From NCBI RefSeq assembly GCF_006345805.1, contig NC_042997.1, positions 180,916,001-180,980,000 of the forward strand: a stretch of 64,000 nt of DNA. Reading direction: 5' to 3'. Both the position numbers and the translations under genes were made by a program. This DNA is from Octopus sinensis (lineage: Eukaryota). Below, piece after piece: positions 1 through 14,853 of the stretch; positions within the stretch are counted from its first letter, which is position 1, and each line of letters opens with the position of its first letter. The notes beneath the pieces are model-generated. The model was not told the DNA's origin. It did not search any database and saw nothing but the letters and a program-made list of their open reading frames with translations.

Positions 1-99
1 ACATACACACACGTGTATGTGTGGGGGGAAGAGAGAATGGAAGTGGGAAAGAGTGAGTGAGAAAGAGAACATGATATATGTAAATATAGAGAGATAGGT

Positions 100-145
100 A
101 GGTAGGTAGATAGATAGATAGAAAGATAGATAAACAGACAGATAC

Positions 146-232
<87 letters not shown>
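100..232. repeat. (TAGA)n microsatellite
   Basis: Direct tandem GATA/TAGA repeats. Confidence 0.95.
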
Positions 233-233
<1 letters not shown>

Positions 234-348
234 GAGCGTGCATGCATGCTTGCTTACATATATACATATATATATTCATACTTACATACATATATACATA
301 CATGCATACATCTGATAGCCCAGAATACATGCCCAAAGAAGTCGCACG

Positions 349-1126
349 ATGAACATATATGGACGTAATACTATGCATAGATATGTTAGTAGAAAGCTCC
401 GAGATTATAGTAATATCGATCATCAAAGCAGTCTATCATGGACCAATAGCGGGATTACTACCTCCCACTTTAAAGGGTATACGTTTGCAATCCAGGAACA
501 GGAAATATCAACCAAGTACTTCATGCACATAAGGGATATAGATGCAAAAAAAGCCGTAAAATGTGACAACTGATGCAGACGTTGTGGAGTTCACACTGAA
601 GATATCACCCACATCATAAGCCGTTGTCTAAAAATGTCATCACGATTTTATCTACCGATGAGATATGATGTTGTATCTAGGAGACGCTATATTGAAATCC
701 GTTGGATGGATAACCCCGAGAACAAAGAAAGGAGAACCCAGAGTATGGTAGAAACCATAGCCACTCATAATAAAAAGGAGTACTGGTGGAATGTCCCAGT
801 GAAGACCTCAATAAAATGTAAGCACAACAGACTTGATATAATGATTTGAGATAGAGAAGAGAAATTCTGTACAGTTCTGTACAGTGGAAATTAGCTGGCC
901 AGCGGATGTTAACATAAAGCTAAAGATCAGTGAAAAAGAGAACATGTACGCTCAACTATTGAAAAATTTGTTGTTACTCTATTCAGATTACAAGTTTATG
1001 TTTATACCTGTACATCAAATCAATAGTGGAATTTGTCCATCGATGGTTCGTGACGAAATAAGCAACCCGTTTCAGGTATATAACATTTGCAATTTGAAAA
1101 ATAGGAATGGTAGATTGATTTACTAG
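349..1126 (+). mobile_element. Decayed 3' part of an R4/Dong-like non-LTR retrotransposon (CCHC zinc knuckle plus restriction-like endonuclease)
   Basis: ORFs 349-573 and 634-849 are one frame broken by TGA: ...FAIQEQEISTKY...*CRRCGVHTEDITHIISRCLKMSSRFYLPMRYDVV (CCHC), then WWNVPVKT...HNRLDIMI*DREEKFCT. A 10-bp tandem duplication (ttctgtacag x2, ~865-884) shifts the frame into VEISWPADVNIKLKISEKE. This matches the RHD..PD..(D/E)xK layout of RLE-bearing LINEs. Confidence 0.75.
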
Positions 1127-1225
1127 TACTTTTATATCTATTCAAAAAGAAGAATACCCATCGGAATGAAACGTGATAATGAGTAGGATTTACAAAGAAG
1201 TCAGCGACTTGCGTTTATCTAAAAA

Positions 1226-1610
1226 CTAGCAGTATCGCCCGGCGTTGCTCGGGTTTGTTTCGACCCTTTAGAATTGGAATTTTTGAAAAGTAAAAATTTT
1301 GCATTATGTAGCTTGTTATTCTTTTTAAGGGAACATTTTTGTGGTTGAAATACACCGAAAATTGGCGACACAGCAGTCAAAAAATCGTAAAAATTAGGGA
1401 TGATCATAGAAAAAATGTACCTTTTTGATGTAAATAATTTTTGGTCTTAACATGGTCCGATTTGAATTCTACGAAATGAAGAGCAAACCTTCTTCTATCA
1501 TACTCTCAATTTTGGTCAACTTGCGCCTCAGAGCCTCGGAGGAGATAGTGTTAGTTGAAGGCTACCAAACCTGCCACACACAGACAACTTCAGTTTTGTA
1601 TATATAGAGA
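1226..1610 (-). mobile_element. Non-autonomous Helitron (Lep1/HINE-like)
   Basis: On the minus strand it starts A|TCTCTATATATA and ends CTAG|T, i.e. inserted in an A/T dinucleotide with no TSD. A GC-rich hairpin (cccggcgttgctcggg, 1238-1253) lies ~10 nt from the CTAG end, and there is an ACAG-type subterminal repeat. Confidence 0.7.
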
Positions 1611-2816
1611 TATGTAAACAAAATAACATCAGCTAATAGGAATGAATTTCTATAAATTTGATACGACACACATAAATTGAGTGCAGAACAAGTTAAAGAC
1701 ATTTTCAAAAGTTATATATTTACATTAAGCGGTGCTGTGTGAAATTTATTTTGAAAGATTTATCGTTGCTAATCTATGAACAGTTTCTTATATGAAGCTA
1801 TGTAACGCGTGACACGAACCACATTTTATCAAATGTATATGTGAGAATTCACGAACAGAATAACTAACAGAGCGTAAACGCTGGCTTTTAATATTCTGAA
1901 GGAAAATAGTCAAGATACCAGCCAGGCAAACAGCATCGAACAATTCTATAATTATTGGAATCATACTGTATTATGAATTCAGTGCGTAGACCTTTACATC
2001 GCTATCTGTAAACTTGTTCATTCAGAAGAGATGACACTCAGTGAAAACAAAGATAAAAAAAGAAGAAAAGCCGTGAATGTAAAGTTTTCATTCGTTGAAA
2101 ACTTTATTATTTCCGAGAGCATATCTTCATTGCTTTTATTCATAAGTTTCAACATGGTGGCACCAAGCTCAATGAACACATTGAACGACCTCGCACTCAC
2201 CTATTTTCATGTCAGGTTTTGGCTTTGTGACAAGCAAATCCATAGAGAAGCGAATACTAAATGAATTATGTCCCGACCAAACGGAAATAGATTTAGAACG
2301 ATCCTGCTGGATACCTTCAGTATACATTCAGATTGGTTTCAGGATAATGATATATCAATCTGACAGTTTCAGCATTCTAAAGAGGAACATTTAATTAACA
2401 TTAAGCGATATTCACCTCTGTTATAGCCATCTCTACCACAAAGAATACAAATCTATACACAAAGAATCACACAATGAAGATGCATCCATTGATTTGTGTA
2501 TTGTTTGTTAAACATTCATATGTATATTATGCATATGTGCCCGAGTCTGCTTCTCTATGTATGAACGACATTCGAGAATATGTATGTTGGGTGTAATGTA
2601 TACATGTATATGGCGGTTTATATGCATCAGTGCGATTTATAAATATATACTTTTGCCTTAAAATGTCTTTATATCACATGAACATGGATATGTGGGGGTG
2701 TACATGTAAGTTTACTCACACAGGCCTATGCCCCTGCATACATATGATATATATACTATATCTATATATATATATATAATAACACATATATATATATATA
2801 TATATATATAATATAA

Positions 2817-2869
<53 letters not shown>

Positions 2870-2973
2870 GATATATATATATATATTTATACATTCATAT
2901 ATTTATAGTATATATATATTATATATATTTATACATTCATATATTTAATATGTATGTATATTATATATATATA

Positions 2974-3019
<46 letters not shown>

Positions 3020-3054
3020 GATTGTGTCTGTACAATATATATATATTTCTTTTA

Positions 3055-3235
3055 TTTCTCTTACCTGTTTCAGTCATTTGACTGCGGCCATGCTGGACCA
3101 CCACCTTTAGTCGAACAAATCATCCTCAAGACTTATTCTATCTTTCTGTCTTGGCGTACTGCTAAGTTACGGGGACGTAAACACGCCAACATCGGTTGTC
3201 AAGCGAATGTGGTGGAACAAACACAGACACATATA
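3055..3235 (-). mobile_element. SINE family A, 3' fragment
   Basis: Carries the tail gtttcagtcatttgactgcggccatgctgg and the body seen in full copies at 4456, 25011 and 50946. Confidence 0.85.
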
Positions 3236-3245
3236 CATACATACG

Positions 3246-3294
<49 letters not shown>

Positions 3295-4455
3295 GTATTT
3301 ATTCTAGCAATGTTGATGAGTGAAACACAGGCGGTTAAATTCCACACAACATTCTTTTAAACTCACAGTGTATAGAATACTGTAAAACTCCTTATTATCC
3401 TCACTCTCCTGTTATATCAAATCAGCAGGAACAAAAAAAGTCAGTAATAGCAATGCTGCAACAACAGACAAGGGAATATGAACAAAAAGAGATAGCAATA
3501 ATTAATATCAGTTTATACATTCATGCCGGAAAGGAAATCTGCGTAAGAAAATATTTCAATATAGTAATAAAGTATGCAAAGAAAAAAACAATATAGACAC
3601 ATAAAAATGAAATGACTTCCAGCGTAGACCATTAAAAAAACACATTTTTGTCACTTCCAGCAATACCAAAATATGGACCTCATTACATGCAGAAGAAAAG
3701 AAATGCTGTCAGAACGGATAAAGATGACAAAATGTTATCTGAAAACAATGAAATAAATTTCCTTGGGGTAAAAGTACTGGTTTCGTGCAAAGCTAAGTTC
3801 CTTCTTTAATCGAGACTCGGTGATTCACCTCAACAGCCTATTAGTTAATAATCAGTAAATGAAACCAAGAATATATATTAGCATCTCAGAATGCTAGCTT
3901 CTATGTCAACGTCTATCAAATATAAAGATTTTCTAAAGATCTGAATAAAAGGAAATTGAAAAAAAAAGAGAAAAACTATTATGCAACTTAAAAGAAATAC
4001 AGACAACATTATTGAAGAGACTAGACCAAAGAACTTACTTGAATTATTGATTTCTTTACCTTGGTAGAAGGCCATATTCACATTGTAGCTGTATATAAAC
4101 CAATGAATCCACACCAGAATATTAATGGTTGTTATTTTATTGACCCACGTGGGACTGAATTTCAGGAAATTGGAAGAATAAGTATAAAGCTAAATTCTGT
4201 ATGATATTTAGTTGATTGTTACACGGTTTCTGCTTATATCATGATATTCTAACGTACAACCGTTGCTGAATCTGCCTTTTCACTCTTTTTTCGTATTTGT
4301 TTTTTTTGTTTCTGCATCACGGATTAAACTAAATAGACTCATGATTCACTGCGTCATTTTCCGTCTTTTGTTTTACGTTCCTGAAATTTTTTTTTAAACA
4401 TTTTAACAAAAGTAAACTCTCGAGTATGTTTGATAGTGAATTAGTCTTCACACTC

Positions 4456-4738
4456 TACTCTCTTATACTCTTTTACTTGTTTCAGTCATTTGACTGTAGC
4501 GATGCTGGAGCACCGCCTTTAGTCGAGCAAATCGACGTCGGGACTTATTCTTTGTAAGCCTTGTACTTATTCTATCAGTCTCTTTTGCCAACCGTTAAGG
4601 ACGTAAACATACCAGCATCGGTTGTTAAGCGATGTTCGGGAGACAAACACAGACACAAAAACACAAACACACACACCCACATACACACACACACACAGAT
4701 ATATATATATAATTTTATTTTATCGCATTCTGACTTTG

Positions 4739-4809
<71 letters not shown>

Positions 4810-4970
4810 ATATACATATATACGACGGGCGTCTTTCAGTTTCTCTCTAACAAATCCACTCACAAAGATTTAGTCGGCCCGATGCTATAGTAGAAGACAC
4901 TTGCCTAAAGTGCCACACAGAGGGACTGAACCCAAAACCATGTGGTTCGTAAGCAAGCTACTTACCACCA
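4456..4970 (-). mobile_element. SINE family A (tRNA-derived head, internal CA/TA microsatellite)
   Basis: Head GTGGTAAGTAGCTTGCTT...GGTTCAGTCCC (A/B-box-like), conserved body and (AAGAGT)-like tail. Confidence 0.9.
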
Positions 4971-6039
4971 TACTACACTTTTTTTTCAAAGTAAATGGCA
5001 TCTTAACTGCAAGATACATGGAAAGTGAAGAGTTAATTTCAACAGAGATTCGTATCTTATTAATCGGTTAGTGAAATCATTTGGCTATGCACACTGAACT
5101 CCTGAACTCTACAGGTTTCCAACACAAACTAAATTCTTGATCTGAAAACAATGAAATAAATCTCTTTGAGGTAAGAGTACTGGTTTCCTGCAACGCAAAG
5201 TTCTTTCTTTGACCGATACTCGGAGATTCACTTCAATAGCCTATTAGTTACTAATAAGTAAATGAAATCAAGAATGGGACATATTTTAGGTTGAGCGGAT
5301 GTAGTCGATGGAATCCGACCCATTACTTGACCGGCGCTTATTCAATCGAGACTCCAATGTAGGATGAAACGCAATGCCGACCTCAAATTTAACATGAATT
5401 TTGTATATAGGTTGTTATTGAACAAAACTCAGAACAAGTATTGGTTAAATGTTATCATACATTGTATGTGTCTTTTGTGTATGTCTCTATATTTATATAT
5501 GACATTTGTTTTTCTCAAGTAATACGTACTAGTTGCTCAGTATACGTTGAATGCCTTCTCGATCGTTTTCTATTAGTAGGCTTCTATAGCACCATCTTTG
5601 CTACTTAAAAAGTGACCAGTAAACCAAAAGCGATTTATTGTTATCGAAGCTTCATTACTATAAAATTCGTGATCTGTTTTCTGTTTCCTCCACAAATACA
5701 TCGAATGTTGCTGGGTAGTACATGGACTTTCAACCGGTTATATAGGGCTTACTGACTACTGTTGTCCAGAAGATAATATGTTTCATATCTCAGTTTACAC
5801 TAACAGCCATAGAATAGTCCAATTTATAAGATGTTGACCAAGCTTGAGCTATACGTGCATTAATGTATTTTCCTGCATTTGTTAAACAATAACTGAGAGA
5901 CAGGAAATCTTTCACATCCTTGAGTTGGGGTACTTCTGTGTTAATGATGTAAGTTGTTGCAGACAGATGAAACACAGATTTTCGTCACGATACCGTAATG
6001 AATCGAAATTTGGTAGGAGGGTAGCAATTATGAGAGAAG

Positions 6040-6436
6040 GAGCAAATCGATTGCATGGACTCTAGTACTTGAATGGTACTTAATTTATCGACGCCGATAG
6101 GATGAATGGCAGAGCCAACGTGGCAGAATTTGAACACAGAACCTTAAGATCCAGAAAAAATGCCGTTAAGCATTTAGTCTGACGGGCCAGCTTGTCGCCT
6201 TCAGAAATGAGGTAATAATGGCTTCAAATTTTGGCACAAGGCCAGCAAATTCGGGAGAGGGGATAATTCGATTACATCGATCCCAATAATCAACTGATAC
6301 ATATTTTATCGACGGCGGAAGAATGAAAGACAAAGTCAACTAGGACGAAATTTGAACTCAGAACGTAAAGGCGGACGAAATACCACTAAGCATATAGACC
6401 GACGTGTTAACGATTTTGTCAGCTCGCCGCCTTGAG
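6040..6436 (-). mobile_element. Two adjacent degenerate SINE family B copies
   Basis: Both contain tttgaactcagaacgtaaag...cattt...ccgacg...gccagctcgccgcctt, the reverse complement of the family B head. Confidence 0.75.
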
Positions 6437-6648
6437 GTGAGGTAATAATGATGTCGAAATGTAGTAGTAGAAATAATTAGTCAATGATTAATATTGGTTT
6501 TTACCTGAACGCACACAGATTTCTATTTAGCTTTGTAATGCTGGAGCGTTAAAAAGAATTAAAACAAAATACAGCCAGATTGGTATAGATTTAGAGAATG
6601 AGAATAGAAAAATATACAGGATGATATAAGTTGAGAGAAATGTTGTTT

Positions 6649-6882
<234 letters not shown>

Positions 6883-7269
6883 TGACTGGAAGATAGACAA
6901 TGGTATCATCTGAAAGAAATAGTTATACATTCCCAAGTAATATATATTTTATACTTGATGTGAACTACAATTGCAAAGCATAATTCATGGAATTGGGAAA
7001 TAATTGCGCCATTATATGAAAGAATAGTTTTGGGGCTTCAAAACAATTTTTACTGATTCTGCTATTTCTCTTGTGAATGATTTAAAAGACATTTTTTTTT
7101 CTCTCATTCTACTAGAATGCGTATTTATAGGAAAAATGATAACAATAAGCTGGCAAATAAACGACAATATAAAAGACACGAATCACAGATCATCATCATC
7201 AGGGCTCTCTTCAATAATACGGATATGACACGTATATTACAGACTGGAAGAACAACGATCAATGCGAAT

Positions 7270-7302
<33 letters not shown>

Positions 7303-7329
7303 TTATATAATATATCTATATATATATAT

Positions 7330-8083
7330 ATAAGAATGAATGTTTTTATATATAATGAACGTGAAATACAGGAAGGGACGAACACGGAACACAGACAAAT
7401 CATTCGAAGCCTTCAATCTTCAGTCAGACACCGAATCATCATAGCAAATTTCGGCTGTTCAATTCTGATATTTGCTCCAACTCGGCCAGCCCCAAGAAAA
7501 AAACTAAGCTGTAAGCATTAGATTTCTTGGTAGAAGACAGGAATGTGAACGCACAAGACGGATGTAAATACAAGAGACGAAAACGAAATTGAAAACAGTA
7601 ATGAATAACAAAATATATATACGGTGGTTGTCATTACGACTTTAGACCAATGAGACAAAACAACAACAACATAGCAGCTGGCGTAGAAATAATTACCGTT
7701 TCGGTAGCGGGGACACATGTTGGTCAAGATGCGATGGCCAACAGAATGGTTAAGAATCAGCAGGTCGCAGGAGAGAGAGAGAAAGAGAGACAGAGAGAGA
7801 GGGAATCAAAGAGGGTGGAAGGCAGGGGACAGAATCAGTGACTAAGAGAAAAGGAGAAAGAAGGGATTAAGGAGGATGGGAGGAAGAGGGGGGAAGAATC
7901 GGAGGGCGCCAAAATAGTTTGGTGAAGAAGCAATGGCGGGTAGGAAAAGACAGTATGTATAGAAGTCGTGCAGGGTTTAAAACTGGACAAACAAACGGGG
8001 GGGGGGGTGCACGTAACGCCGCAATAATATAAGAATGAATGTTTTTATATATAATGAACGTGAAATACAGGAAGGGACGAACA
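7330..8083. repeat. ~750-bp unclassified element bounded by 55-bp identical direct repeats, in (TA)n
   Basis: ataagaatgaatgtttttatatataatgaacgtgaaatacaggaagggacgaaca at 7330-7384 and 8029-8083. Confidence 0.7.
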
Positions 8084-8099
8084 ATATATATATAATATA

Positions 8100-8134
<35 letters not shown>

Positions 8135-8572
8135 ATGTATGTATGTATTCAGCTTGATGAAAAAATAACTATGTATATTTTTTCATTGCCTCAAGGGCAA
8201 AATTAATATAAAATATTAAAGTACACTGTTGAATATGGATATTTTCTTATGGAATATATATAACGTAAACAGTAAATGTCAATATTCAAAATACACAAAT
8301 GACGCAAATACACTCATATACATAAATATACATGTGTATAAGTGTCTGCGTGTGTAAACACACATAAGAGCACATACATAATACTCACACACATACGCAC
8401 GCACACTTACATCCAAACATATATATATCGATGAAGGGGTAGCGTGTAAGGGAGTTTATGTGAAAAACAGTGAATAGGGAGCAGTGTATAAATGTACAGA
8501 GCAAACACACGTATGAGTGGGTACACCACACATTCCATATGCTTCTTTTTTCTTTCTTTCTCTCTCTCTCGT

Positions 8573-8608
<36 letters not shown>

Positions 8609-9636
8609 ATGATATATATGATATATATATATGCATACATACATACATATATATTTATAAACACACACATATACATATATATGTATGCATTTATATATGT
8701 ATGTGCGCATTTGTGTATTCTTGTGTGTATGTATGTGTGTGTGCATTTGTGAGTGTGTGTTTGTGCGTGCGTATGTGCGTAACGGGACTGCTAAAAGAAA
8801 TAAATTAGAATAGCCAATGGCATGGATTTGAATAACAAAGACGAGTTATACTTTAAATAAAATGAAAGATACATTCTTGGCATATTCAAATTTTCTCTAC
8901 TTTCAGAGTGTAATGTACATTTGGTTGTTGGCAATTGGGACAAACTCCAAATAAGAAGGGGGAGATAATCTCATGAACAACATATTTCCAAATTTGACGA
9001 GCATTTTGGAAAAGTAAGCCCACATTTTACAGGCGCTTTGCAATGTACTTACCCATTAATCTGTACAGCTTTTTTCTCTACCTCATCTTCAGAAGACGAG
9101 AGATGTAGACAATAAAAAAAAAATAGTAGAATGCGTGTATGTACAAGATAACTTTCTTGAATGAAATCTTCCCTATGAGAAATAACTCAGAATAAGTCAA
9201 ATCTCGTGTTAGATATAACGAAGAAGAATGATTCTAAGTTAAATAATATACAACATAAATTCTGGATTTTTAAAAATTGATTTTGCATCCAGGGAAGGCA
9301 GAGCAATCGTTATTGGTTGGACGGATGAACTCAGAAATTACACCTATCTCATGAAAGTCTAGTTTCCTAAAAGAAAAAGCAAAAATGAGAACTGCTTAAC
9401 GTAGATGTTTCTACCACATTGGGAGTCATCGGCACAGTAGCTATCATACAGTATCTAGTAAACTGGATATTCTGACATATACACACACGAAAAAATAAAA
9501 AACAAGAATAAATGCAAAAAAAGACTTCCTAATGGCCTACGTAATTTGTATGAATTAAAAATATCTCGAAGTGGCCAATGGCATATATGTCCGTGTAAGT
9601 GTATGTATGTGCATGGGGGTGATTACCGCACAAAGA

Positions 9637-9696
<60 letters not shown>

Positions 9697-9730
9697 GTGT
9701 GTGTGTCTGTATATTATGTGTGTCTGTATA

Positions 9731-9768
<38 letters not shown>

Positions 9769-10216
9769 ATTCAACTTTATTATTTATTTAACTTTATTTC
9801 TTATTATATTCAAATTAATCCATTAAACCAAAAACACACAAAACAAAAATGAAATAATATATTTAGTCTGCTGGTATGAACTAAGAGGTCAACATATAAT
9901 CTTTTATTGTATATCTTTTTCCCTGATGATATTTTGCTAATATCATATAAATGCAAATTTAAAGCATAAAGTTGTAATTTATTTAATGACCACAAACGGA
10001 AACAGCTGTAAGAAGTAAGAATTATGAATTTATTAGTAAATAATTATTAACTTTCAACTCACCAATTTTCTTTTCTTTATAAATTCATCATGCTTTCCCA
10101 TCTAGATCTACCTCCAGCTAACCCATTTGCATGCATCGTTTTTGTCCTGCTTTTCTTCCGTCAACCTGTACATAACTGCACCTTCCATTTTTTGTTGCTT
10201 TTGTACGGCTTAAAGG

Positions 10217-10520
10217 CACGTTTCTTTCCTGCAAAGCTTACTATTTAAATCATATTTGCGTTCTCCCAGTCAACCGCCTTATCATTACTGGTACTTTAAA
10301 CTCTTCGGTTGCATATTTGTGCGAATAAAATTGTTTTTCTTTGCAATAGAAAAAAGTATATCTTTAATTCTTTTTTTACTATTGTCTCAAATTTAGGTTA
10401 AATCAGTGTTTCTCAAAGGGGAGGCATATAGGACGGTTGGACAAGTTGTTTCGAGAAAATTTGGTTTAAATGTTTGACTACTCAGCACCATCCATTGGAC
10501 GGGGGTCGTTTTGCTCGTGC
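10217..10520 (+). repeat. Unclassified interspersed repeat; second copy inverted at ~61914-62198
   Basis: ggcacgtttctttcctgc...aaatcagtgtttctcaaagggg...ccattggacggggg..ttttgctcg matches the reverse complement of 61914-62198 at roughly 80% by eye. Confidence 0.75.
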
Positions 10521-10845
10521 ATAATATACCTATTCATTTAGGGAGATTTTATTTCCAAAATGTATTAGGTATAGAACCTGTGTTTTCTCGGATGTAATCA
10601 TCTCTTTAAGAGGTTAATGTATCCTCTAATTAACATATACATATATATTTATGTGTGTGTGTGTGTTTGTCTGTGTGTGTGTGCGTGTTTGTGTGCGTGG
10701 TTTGTGTGTATATGTAATATATATATATATAATATATATATATTATATATATAAAATATTATTTGAGACAAAACCACTATTTTGCAAAACAAACAAGGAA
10801 AGACTTAATCAATACATAAAATTTAATAAATAGTCAAAAAAACCG

Positions 10846-10888
10846 CCACTACAATCGTTTCTTGTCTTGATCGACAATCTTCAGGTGG
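10846..10888 (-). ncRNA. Minimal type I hammerhead ribozyme (Penelope pLTR)
   Basis: CCAC-CUGAAGA-UUGUC gaucaa GACAA-GAAAC gauu GUA-GUGG: stem I 4 bp, stem II 5 bp, stem III 2 bp, with a complete core. Confidence 0.85.
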
Positions 10889-13830
10889 ACTTCCAATCTA
10901 AAAAATCAAAATTTTAAAATAATAAAATAATACTTTTAAATAATTAAAGTATAAATGAAAAAATATAAGTATATAATCCATATATAACCTATATATAATC
11001 CATATCGAAAAAATAGACTAATTACCACGAATTCCCTAAAAAAACCATGATAAAACAAAACTCTAAAAAACATATAACGATAAATCTTCCCTTTGCTAAA
11101 CTCTATAACAAACCTATAAAGTAAACCCCCTAACCTAAACATTCACACACAAATACACACACGTAAACCACAGACTCACGACTTATACACATACGTATAC
11201 TAACTTATAAACCTCAATATACACCAAAACCCACTCCCTCCCCACACAGACAAATTAACACATACATCCCAAAACCTAAATAACAAACCCATATACACAT
11301 TCACACACAAAACACACACTCACACGCAAAACACTCACACACAAAAGATACATATACTCCCTCACATATACGCCTATACATACTCACTAAACTCGACATA
11401 TACAACAATACTTACACACCCACAAAAAACATTATATACATTTATGAGCTTTAACTCACCTTAGCATCTCTAACAAACAACTTGCAGTAACCCAATCCCA
11501 TTCTCTATGCCTACCTCACTACTACACTATTCTATTCACATTCCAAGCAACGCTAGTCCACCACCACCCGTTATTCACGTGGCAAAACGAACACACCACT
11601 CAAAAATTATGGATTGAAACAATGTAAAAAAATAACCAACACCTAAAATAGACAAAATACCACGAATTACCTAAAAACCATGATAAACCAAAACTCATAA
11701 AAGCATATAACGATAAAATCTCCCTTTGCTAAACCCTATAAACAAACTTATATAGCAATCCCCCTAACCTAAACATTCACACACAAAAACCCACACGTAA
11801 ACCACAGACCCAAGACTTATACACAAACCTATACTAACTTATAAACCTCAATATACACCAAAACCCACCCACTCCCCACACAGACAAATTAACACATACA
11901 TCCCAAATCCTAAATAACAAACCCAAATACACATTCACACCACACAAAACACACACACGCAAAACACACACACACAACAGATACATATGCTCCCTCACAT
12001 ATACGCATATACATACTCACTAAAACTCGATATATACAACAATATTTACACCCACACTCATACAGATAAATAAATAATTATACAATTAAAAACTCACAAC
12101 CAATCTCATATACATAAACACTCTTATGAAACAACAATAAATACATCGTAATTAACCAGAATATCAAAATAACATTATGACATAAGGATAAATCAAATAC
12201 ATACTACAATTCAGTTACAAATTATGAAGTGAAATTAGATTCTTAGCCGTTAAAAAACCAAACAAAATTTACGTTACCATGGAAATAACTAATGTAAAAA
12301 AAGAATACGCGCCATAGAAAGTAAACGTCATTCATAGTATGAATGGAGAAATATAATAAATGGAACTAAAAACTATTCCACGTAGCAAACCAACGCTACT
12401 TAAAAAAATTTATTATGAATGGATTCTTTAAAAACTATCATGAATCAATTATATACATTTATGAGCTTTAGCTCACCCTAGCAACTCTAACAAACACTTA
12501 CAGTAACCCATACTCAATGCCTACCTCATTACCACCCTAATCCATTCACAATTCCAAGCAACACTAGTCCCACCACCCGGTTACAAATCCCAACTCTACC
12601 CATTCATTCACAATTTCAACGACGTTCCCTTCAACAACTCTACATATAAGCCTCAACATATACACCGGAGATACACTTACACATCCGTGCGGATGGGTGA
12701 GAGTATACATTAAGTGTAGTGATGGGGCTCCCATTCTAAACACATTTGTACCTGTGTGGTAGTCTCCATGTGTATATTCACGCACGGGTATAAATACAGG
12801 GGGTACACGCTCACTTCATTTACGTGTACCCCTCACATGTACATATGCATACTATTTTGGCTCGATATATGCAACAATGTAATCGCGCCCGTATGTGTGA
12901 GCATTCACTGGTTGTGCAATTCACCCATCTGGGTGTGATTGTGTAAACTTATCACTGTGGAGGTCGAGCTTGATACGTATATATTAGTGTGTATTAGGGG
13001 TTGTACGTACTAATTATGTTCATGTGCTTCACGCACTTGCGTCCATGTATGGAAGAATATATTGGGATTACTATGTAGGTGTAAATAGGGTATGGGGGAG
13101 TTTTGTCATTGTATGGGTGTGGGTTTCATTTGTGATGGTGGTTAGTTGGTGATTATTAGTATGTTCTGTATATTAGGGCTAGTATGTATTATTCAAGTGT
13201 GTATAATTGTATACATATAATTGGTGTGAATGGGATTACTCCCATTTTTTTTTTTTTTTTTATTTTTTTTTATTAATATTTTTAGGGGATGTATGTGTTT
13301 ATTTATCCATGTGGGGCTGGAGTGGCCGTTAGGTGCATATGCTGAGGCTCACATGCAAACCCAAGTACAACGAATGAAGTGGGCACTTATGATTGTTATG
13401 GGTGTGTACTTTATTATAAAAGACAATACCCAAATAAAATCTGTCAATTCAACATACAAATAAAAAACATAAAACAAAGGGATCTTAAACATTCACACAT
13501 ACATACAAAACTCAATAAAAACACCACTAAATAACACCCAAAAGCATATAAATATATCCTCAAAATACATATAACAAATGCAAAATAAAAATACATAATA
13601 AAATAAAATAAATAAAAATAAAAATAAAAAAATAAAAAAATCTAATATAAATTATTAAAGTTTTAACGTACCATAAACTGCTAAATTAATATACATTAAA
13701 AATGAACTAATTAAAACAAAGAAATATCAATAAAGACTAACTATAATTAAATCCTAGACAACATAACCAAAAATATATCATCTAAACTAATTTAAACTAA
13801 ACTAAAATAACTAAAAGGGAACTATTATTG

Positions 13831-14853
13831 CTATTTATCATGAAACTTATTATATAAGTAAAGTAACTTGTGTCTACATTTTATTTTGCGCTCCTCCCCA
13901 GTATTAAGTAAATTATCATACTTATAAATAAAATTTCTTTAAACTCATTAGAGCATAAATAACAACAATTAGCTCCTATATTATATGATTTAGTTTTAAC
14001 ATTATTTCCCATATTAAACTATAATTAATATTTAGTGATTTAAGACTCCAAATATACTTACTAAGTCCGGTTGAGTTGATTAAGTTTTTATTTTTAAAAG
14101 AATTCATATGTTTGCAATTCTTAGTTTTATTTTTGGAAGTAGAACCTATATAAACCGCTTTTGTGTAATTATTATTCTTAAAGTTATTATCATGTAATGT
14201 AACTATACATTTATACACTACATCGTTAATATCACAATTATTATTTAATATACAATTAGATTTATCTCTACATGTACAATTAATATAAGTCTTATCATTA
14301 TTAATATTATTATCAAATAATTTCTTTTTATAAAAATTATTCAGTTTATATTTATAAATGAAGAAATAATGTTACCAACATTATTAGTGGTAGAGTAACC
14401 AACTCCAAAATTATTAAAAGAGAAAATGTTTCTATATTTACGATTATCTCTAATAAATAGTTTCTATAACATCTAAAATCTCTTTAATAATATTCGTTTT
14501 AACTTGATCTCCATAAGGAACTATTAACCAAATTTTATTCTTATTACCTTATTATTATTATCATTATTATAAATATATTTATAATTCTTTATTTTATTAA
14601 AATTATTATCAGAATTATATCTATGTACAGCATTTAGGAATTATTAATATTATTAAATTTATCAATATAATTATTATAATAATTATTTAATTTTTTTATT
14701 TATATTATTATTCTTATTTATATTATTATTATTTATTATTTTATTATTATTATTCTTATTTATATTTTTATCATTTTTATTATTTTTTTTATAATATCTA
14801 TTATTTTTACACTAAACGTAACAAAATTATAATTATTATTAGAAGTATCTCGA
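13831..14853 (-). pseudogene. Penelope ORF C-terminus (linker, C-rich motif, GIY-YIG endonuclease), left copy
   Basis: VPYGDQVKTNI...GYSTTNNVGNIISSFNK...CTCRDKSNCILNNNC...VVYKC...YIGST...CYLCSNE...LLN...CRH, ending in TAG. Small frameshifts are present. Confidence 0.85.

Larger units (their letters stand above)
10750..14853 (-). mobile_element. Penelope-like element, left (inverted) arm: linker, GIY-YIG, 3-kb 3' region, pLTR
   Basis: Reverse complement of 15182-19277 along its whole length. It encodes VVYKCIV...VYIGSTS...LSKYIWSLK (ORF 13976-14218). Confidence 0.9.

Noticed and set aside
2209-2394. GFGFVT after a possible splice acceptor, resembling an RRM RNP1 motif
   Set aside because: The following residues do not fit an RRM, and no donor site or neighbouring exon was found.
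7385-7430. CTGAAGA...GTC on the minus strand as a hammerhead
   Set aside because: GAAA is broken and stem I does not pair.
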